64,000 nucleotides of DNA. Origin: Ignavibacteriota bacterium. GTDB taxonomy: Bacteria > Bacteroidota > Ignavibacteria > UBA10030. Below, piece after piece: positions 60,047-64,000 of this stretch (positions within the stretch are counted from its first letter, which is position 1; the number at the start of each line of letters is the position of its first letter). The stretch lies in NCBI GenBank assembly GCA_003142475.1, contig PLMK01000042.1, forward strand, positions 131,586-195,585. The letters are read 5' to 3'. Made by a program: the position numbers and the translations under genes. A model generated the notes under the pieces. It was not told where the DNA came from. It made no database searches and worked only from the letters and a program-made list of their open reading frames with translations.

Positions 60047-60442
60047 ATAGGATTACTGGATAGCATTGGTAAAGTGCTCAGTGGTGGTGGAGCACAAACC
60101 AATCTCGTTAATGAAGTGATAGGATTGCTCAACAATAAACAAACCGGCGGAATTGCTGGTTTGGTAGAGGAATTTTCTGGAAAAGGATTGGGTGACATCG
60201 CAAAATCCTGGGTTGGAATGGATCCAAACCTTCCGGTTACTCCCCAGCAAATTCAACAAGTACTCGGGAATGACGCGATCAAACAGCTTGCGTCAAAAAT
60301 GGGTATTAATTCAGATCAGATGGCCCAACAACTCTCCGCTATTCTTCCAAAAGTTGTGGATAAGCTTACACCGAATGGTCAGATTCCTGAGGGAGATCTT
60401 ATGTCAAAAGGGATGGACCTCCTCAAGGGTTTTATGAAATAA
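60047..60442 (+). CDS. YidB/DUF937 family protein with ATA at the expected start
   Basis: GGIAGLV..F..GLGD..SWVG..LPKVVDKLTPNG; AGGAGG-attt-ATA-GGA-TTA-CTG-GAT. Confidence 0.75.
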   Translation: MGLLDSIGKVLSGGGAQTNLVNEVIGLLNNKQTGGIAGLVEEFSGKGLGDIAKSWVGMDPNLPVTPQQIQQVLGNDAIKQLASKMGINSDQMAQQLSAILPKVVDKLTPNGQIPEGDLMSKGMDLLKGFMK

Positions 60443-60719
60443 TTTGACTTAAGCCAAATCCAACAGGTGCTATGCAAGTCGGAACCGTTGTAATTGGACA
60501 CCTGTTTTTCTCCTTCAGACAGACTCCGTTTAATTTAACCAGATGTTTTATAGAGTAGTTTGACCTTCTTTGAAATTTTATCACACCGAACAACAATATC
60601 ATCCTTGATATTTCTTTAAGTTTGATACAGAAGCCAAAATATTGTATGTTTCTGCTAAGTAAAAAATTATGCATTGACAAATAGTCTTCCAACCCACCAA
60701 TTATCATACAGGAGGTATT

Positions 60720-61610
60720 ATGTTATTTCTTCTTAGTCTCGTTATCGTCATCGGAGCTATAATCATTTGGATGAACGCACGTAAAAAAGTACGCGACGAA
60801 CACAATCCCATATTTAAAACAACTGCATCTGCTGCCGGATTAGCAGCATTAGTGTTTGCGCTTATCGCATTGTCGCAGATGTTTACTGTCGTACCCGCTG
60901 GAAATGTCGGTGTTGTTGACTTCTTCGGCACGGTATCCGACAACACGTTAAAAGCCGGTATCAATTTCGTTAATCCATTTGCGCGTGTGATTAAGTTATC
61001 CGTACAAACACAAGAGATCAAAGAAGTGATGGACGTTCCATCGAAGGAAGGAATGACCGTGCAGCTCGAAATTAGTGCACTGTATCATCTCAATCCGGAG
61101 AAAGCAGCGGATGTCTATAAATCAGTTGGAGAAAATTATGTCGAAGTTCTGCTCGAACCGCAGTTCCGTTCTGTCGCTCGCGGCGTCACTGCCGGATATG
61201 AAGCCAAGGCACTCTATACTTCCGAGCGGGAAATGCTAGCACAGATTCTTTTGACTGATTTAGAAAAACTTGTTGAGCCAAGAGGTGTTACTGTTGAATC
61301 AACACCGCTGCGCCGCATCGGACTCCCCCCCGGTTTACAAGCATCGATTGAAGCGAAACTGCAAGCTGAGCAGCAGAGCCAACAAATGCAATTTGTGTTG
61401 ACAAAAGAGAAACAGGAAGCCGACCGCAAACGGATTGAAGCGCAGGGTATTTCGGATTTCCAAAACATCGTTGCACACAATATCAGCGATCAATTGCTGC
61501 GCTGGAAAGGCATCGAAGCGACAGAAAAACTTGCTAACTCCCAGAATACAAAGGTTATCATCATCGGCGCCGGTAAAGATGGTTTGCCGTTGATTCTTGA
61601 TACTAAATAA
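60720..61610 (+). CDS. SPFH/prohibitin family membrane protein
   Basis: Two TM helices, VPAGNVGV and AEQ..EADRKRIEAQG. Confidence 0.92.
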   Translation: MLFLLSLVIVIGAIIIWMNARKKVRDEHNPIFKTTASAAGLAALVFALIALSQMFTVVPAGNVGVVDFFGTVSDNTLKAGINFVNPFARVIKLSVQTQEIKEVMDVPSKEGMTVQLEISALYHLNPEKAADVYKSVGENYVEVLLEPQFRSVARGVTAGYEAKALYTSEREMLAQILLTDLEKLVEPRGVTVESTPLRRIGLPPGLQASIEAKLQAEQQSQQMQFVLTKEKQEADRKRIEAQGISDFQNIVAHNISDQLLRWKGIEATEKLANSQNTKVIIIGAGKDGLPLILDTK

Positions 61611-61657
61611 CAAGTATCTTTGATTCAATATTAAAAGTATTTATGGTGGAGATATCC

Positions 61658-62590
61658 ATGAAAAATAATATTGATCGTCGTGAATTTATTAGGCAGAGTG
61701 TCGCGGCAGGTGTCGTCGCTGCTATAGGATCAGCCTCTCTTCCCTCTACTCTCTTTGGAAATTTCATTCCTTCCAAAATCGATATTTCTGTTGTAAACGG
61801 GACAGATTTTTTTGAGAATACAATGAAAGCTGTCGAAATGTTCGACGGTATGAGTAAGTTTGTTCCGAAAGGAAGCAAGGTCGGACTGCTTATTAACTCT
61901 CCTTGGAGCAAACCAGGAACGTATACAAACCCTGATGTCGCACTTGCTGTTTTGAAGATGTGCTTCGATGCAGGCGCAAAAGAAATATATTCCATTGAAG
62001 ATGCTTCGACGAATTACTGGAAACGGAGTAAACTCTACGGGAAGTTTGAAAAAGAAGTCGGCAAAATTCAATCGGGTGGTTCTAAAACGACTGCGAAGAT
62101 TCCAAAAGGAAAATGTCTGAAGGAAGCCGAAATTTCAAAGACCCTTCTTGAGTGCGATGTCCTCATCAACATTCCGATTGTGAAAAACCATCAAGGCACA
62201 AACTTCACGGCCAACTTGAAAAATATGATGGGTGCATGCTCGGGCTCGACAAACAGATTTTTCCACAAGGGTTCCGGGAAAAGCGGACTGTTTGGATACT
62301 ACGATGACACCGAATTTCTTTCGCAGTGCATTGCCGATGTGAATTTAATGCGTCAACCAAATCTTTGTGTTGTTGATGCAACAGAATTTGTTATTACTAA
62401 TGGGCCGGCCGGTCCAGGTGAGATCAAAAAAGCCCATAAAGTAATCGCCGGTACAAACCGTGTCTCCGTTGATGCCTATTGCTCAACTTTGCTCGGATTA
62501 ATTCCTCAGGACATTTTGATGATTCAGTACGCTCGCGAACATGGCCTCGGCAAAATTGACTTAAAGAAACTAACGATCAAAGAAATCTAA
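61658..62590 (+). CDS. DUF362 protein with Tat signal
   Basis: DRREFI twin-Arg, TNPDV, KNH and LKNMMG motifs; track start 61643. Confidence 0.85.
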   Translation: MKNNIDRREFIRQSVAAGVVAAIGSASLPSTLFGNFIPSKIDISVVNGTDFFENTMKAVEMFDGMSKFVPKGSKVGLLINSPWSKPGTYTNPDVALAVLKMCFDAGAKEIYSIEDASTNYWKRSKLYGKFEKEVGKIQSGGSKTTAKIPKGKCLKEAEISKTLLECDVLINIPIVKNHQGTNFTANLKNMMGACSGSTNRFFHKGSGKSGLFGYYDDTEFLSQCIADVNLMRQPNLCVVDATEFVITNGPAGPGEIKKAHKVIAGTNRVSVDAYCSTLLGLIPQDILMIQYAREHGLGKIDLKKLTIKEI

Positions 62591-62616
62591 TTGCCTCCCT
62601 CGCATATCAAGGGCAA

Positions 62617-63531
62617 ATGATGAAAGCGTTCTTTCAATTGTTTTTGAGCATTGCATTTTTGAACGCATTTCTTTCCCGAATTGCGTTTCCGCAAAGTCAG
62701 AATATCTTGACGTATCTTCCCGTCACAGATGAGTTTAAAGGATGGTATCAACAAGATTCGGCTCGAATATTTGTTGGTGAAGATCTCTTTACACTCATCG
62801 ATGGCGGGGCAGATATTTATCTCGAATATGGTTTTCGACAAGTAGTTGCGGTTGAATATCGAAACAATCATGAGAATTCGATCAAACTTGAGATATACGA
62901 AATGTCGGATGCTTCAGCGGCATATGGAATGTTTTCACTTAATATCAGCACTCGTGGAAAGAAAATTCAGATTGGCAACGAAGGTAGGATCTCTGATTAC
63001 TACCTTATTTTCTGGAAGAATATGTTTCTCGTTTTTCTCTCCAGCGCCGACACCGCAGAAGAAACTACTTCCAGTATTCTGGCGATGGCAACAGCTATCA
63101 ATCAACGCCTCGGTGCGATAGGAACAAAACCAGAATTGGTGTCTTATCTTCCAAACAGCGGTTTGCAATCTTGTGCTTTTCTGAGAGGCAATCTTGGTCT
63201 TTCCACTTTCTATACATTCGATACAAAAAAAATATTCGGAATGAAAGAAGGAGTTGTGGGAATATATCCGACTCATCATCTCTTTATCTTCAAACACAAT
63301 TCTGATAGTGAGACCGAAAAAGAGTATCTTATAATTCAAGATATTTTTAAAACCGGCAGCCGATTTTCCAATTTCAAAGAGTATATCAGACGCTGCACGA
63401 TGACCGATCAAAAAGGCGCTCAACTCTGCATGACATATTCTAAGAATCTTATCGTTATTATTCTTTCTCAACAAAAGAATGACATTATGACAATTTGCGA
63501 TAATGTGATGAGCTCTCTCAATAACCATTAA
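62617..63531 (+). CDS. DUF6599-like exported protein
   Basis: LFTLIDGGADIYLEYGF..EIYEM..AYGMFS. Confidence 0.72.
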   Translation: MMKAFFQLFLSIAFLNAFLSRIAFPQSQNILTYLPVTDEFKGWYQQDSARIFVGEDLFTLIDGGADIYLEYGFRQVVAVEYRNNHENSIKLEIYEMSDASAAYGMFSLNISTRGKKIQIGNEGRISDYYLIFWKNMFLVFLSSADTAEETTSSILAMATAINQRLGAIGTKPELVSYLPNSGLQSCAFLRGNLGLSTFYTFDTKKIFGMKEGVVGIYPTHHLFIFKHNSDSETEKEYLIIQDIFKTGSRFSNFKEYIRRCTMTDQKGAQLCMTYSKNLIVIILSQQKNDIMTICDNVMSSLNNH

Positions 63532-63721
63532 GTGTCCATAAGCGATGCAGACATTGCAGATAATCGAAAACTTCTGCTTTCGTGCTATGGTATCCGAGGA
63601 TACGAAATTATAGTTCACAATTTAAAAAACCGTGCAGCATATGACCAGCAAACAGCGAGATGTTATAAAAAAATATCTTGAGTTACACGGACATATACAA
63701 TGATTTACTGAAAGTTCTAGA

Positions 63722-64000
63722 ATGTCTGACTACAAAACACCTGTCCTCTTCATTGGTCACGGTTCGCCAATGAACATTATCTATAAAAACGAATATACAA
63801 AATCACTGCAGAAATTGGGAATGTCTCTTCAAAAACCGGACGCTATACTTGTCGTATCTGCGCATTGGCTCACAGAAGGAACATTTGTCTGCTCTGCAGA
63901 TAAGCCGGAACAAATCTATGATTTTTATGGTTTCCCAGATGAACTCTATGCTGTGAAGTACCATCCTCCCGGAGCGCGTGCAATTGCAGAGTCCATCGCA
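63722..64000 (+). CDS. ygiD: 4,5-DOPA extradiol dioxygenase (LigB family), truncated by window end
   Basis: Manual translation MSDYKTPVLFIGHGSPMN..VSAHW..IYDFYGFP. Confidence 0.88.
   Translation, partial: MSDYKTPVLFIGHGSPMNIIYKNEYTKSLQKLGMSLQKPDAILVVSAHWLTEGTFVCSADKPEQIYDFYGFPDELYAVKYHPPGARAIAESIA

Noticed and set aside
62935..63618. 227-aa minus-strand ORF
   Set aside because: Antisense shadow of the DUF6599-like gene.

Overview
Bacterial chromosomal window of mostly housekeeping and accessory genes. Gene content (DUF5683, DUF4835, PlpD-type patatin, menA/menG) suggests an Ignavibacteria-like member of the Bacteroidota-Chlorobi-Ignavibacteria group (inference). Core loci: an ArcE-like gene with OTC, carbamate kinase and pyrB; parAB; menA; a frameshifted ilvE; AmmeMemoRadiSam genes; menG/ubiE; tatD; dinB; truA; nadCAB. 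Two systems stand out. (1) A four-gene candidate peptide-signalling locus (27236-29878, minus strand): a small exported protein ending in CPPFCGN, a stand-alone multi-TM protein, a sensor-less HisKA_3 kinase and a NarL-type regulator. (2) Two integrase-less integron cassette arrays (about 32589-33833 and 42017-44270) with oversized attC sites. Four of these sites share an internal sequence, several carry short palindromic insertions, and every complete site has a mutated AAC or GTT core triplet. The second array ends in an IS1-family remnant followed by a hicBA pair. No tRNA, rRNA, CRISPR array or integron integrase was seen. Family assignments come from motif recognition by eye, not database searches.
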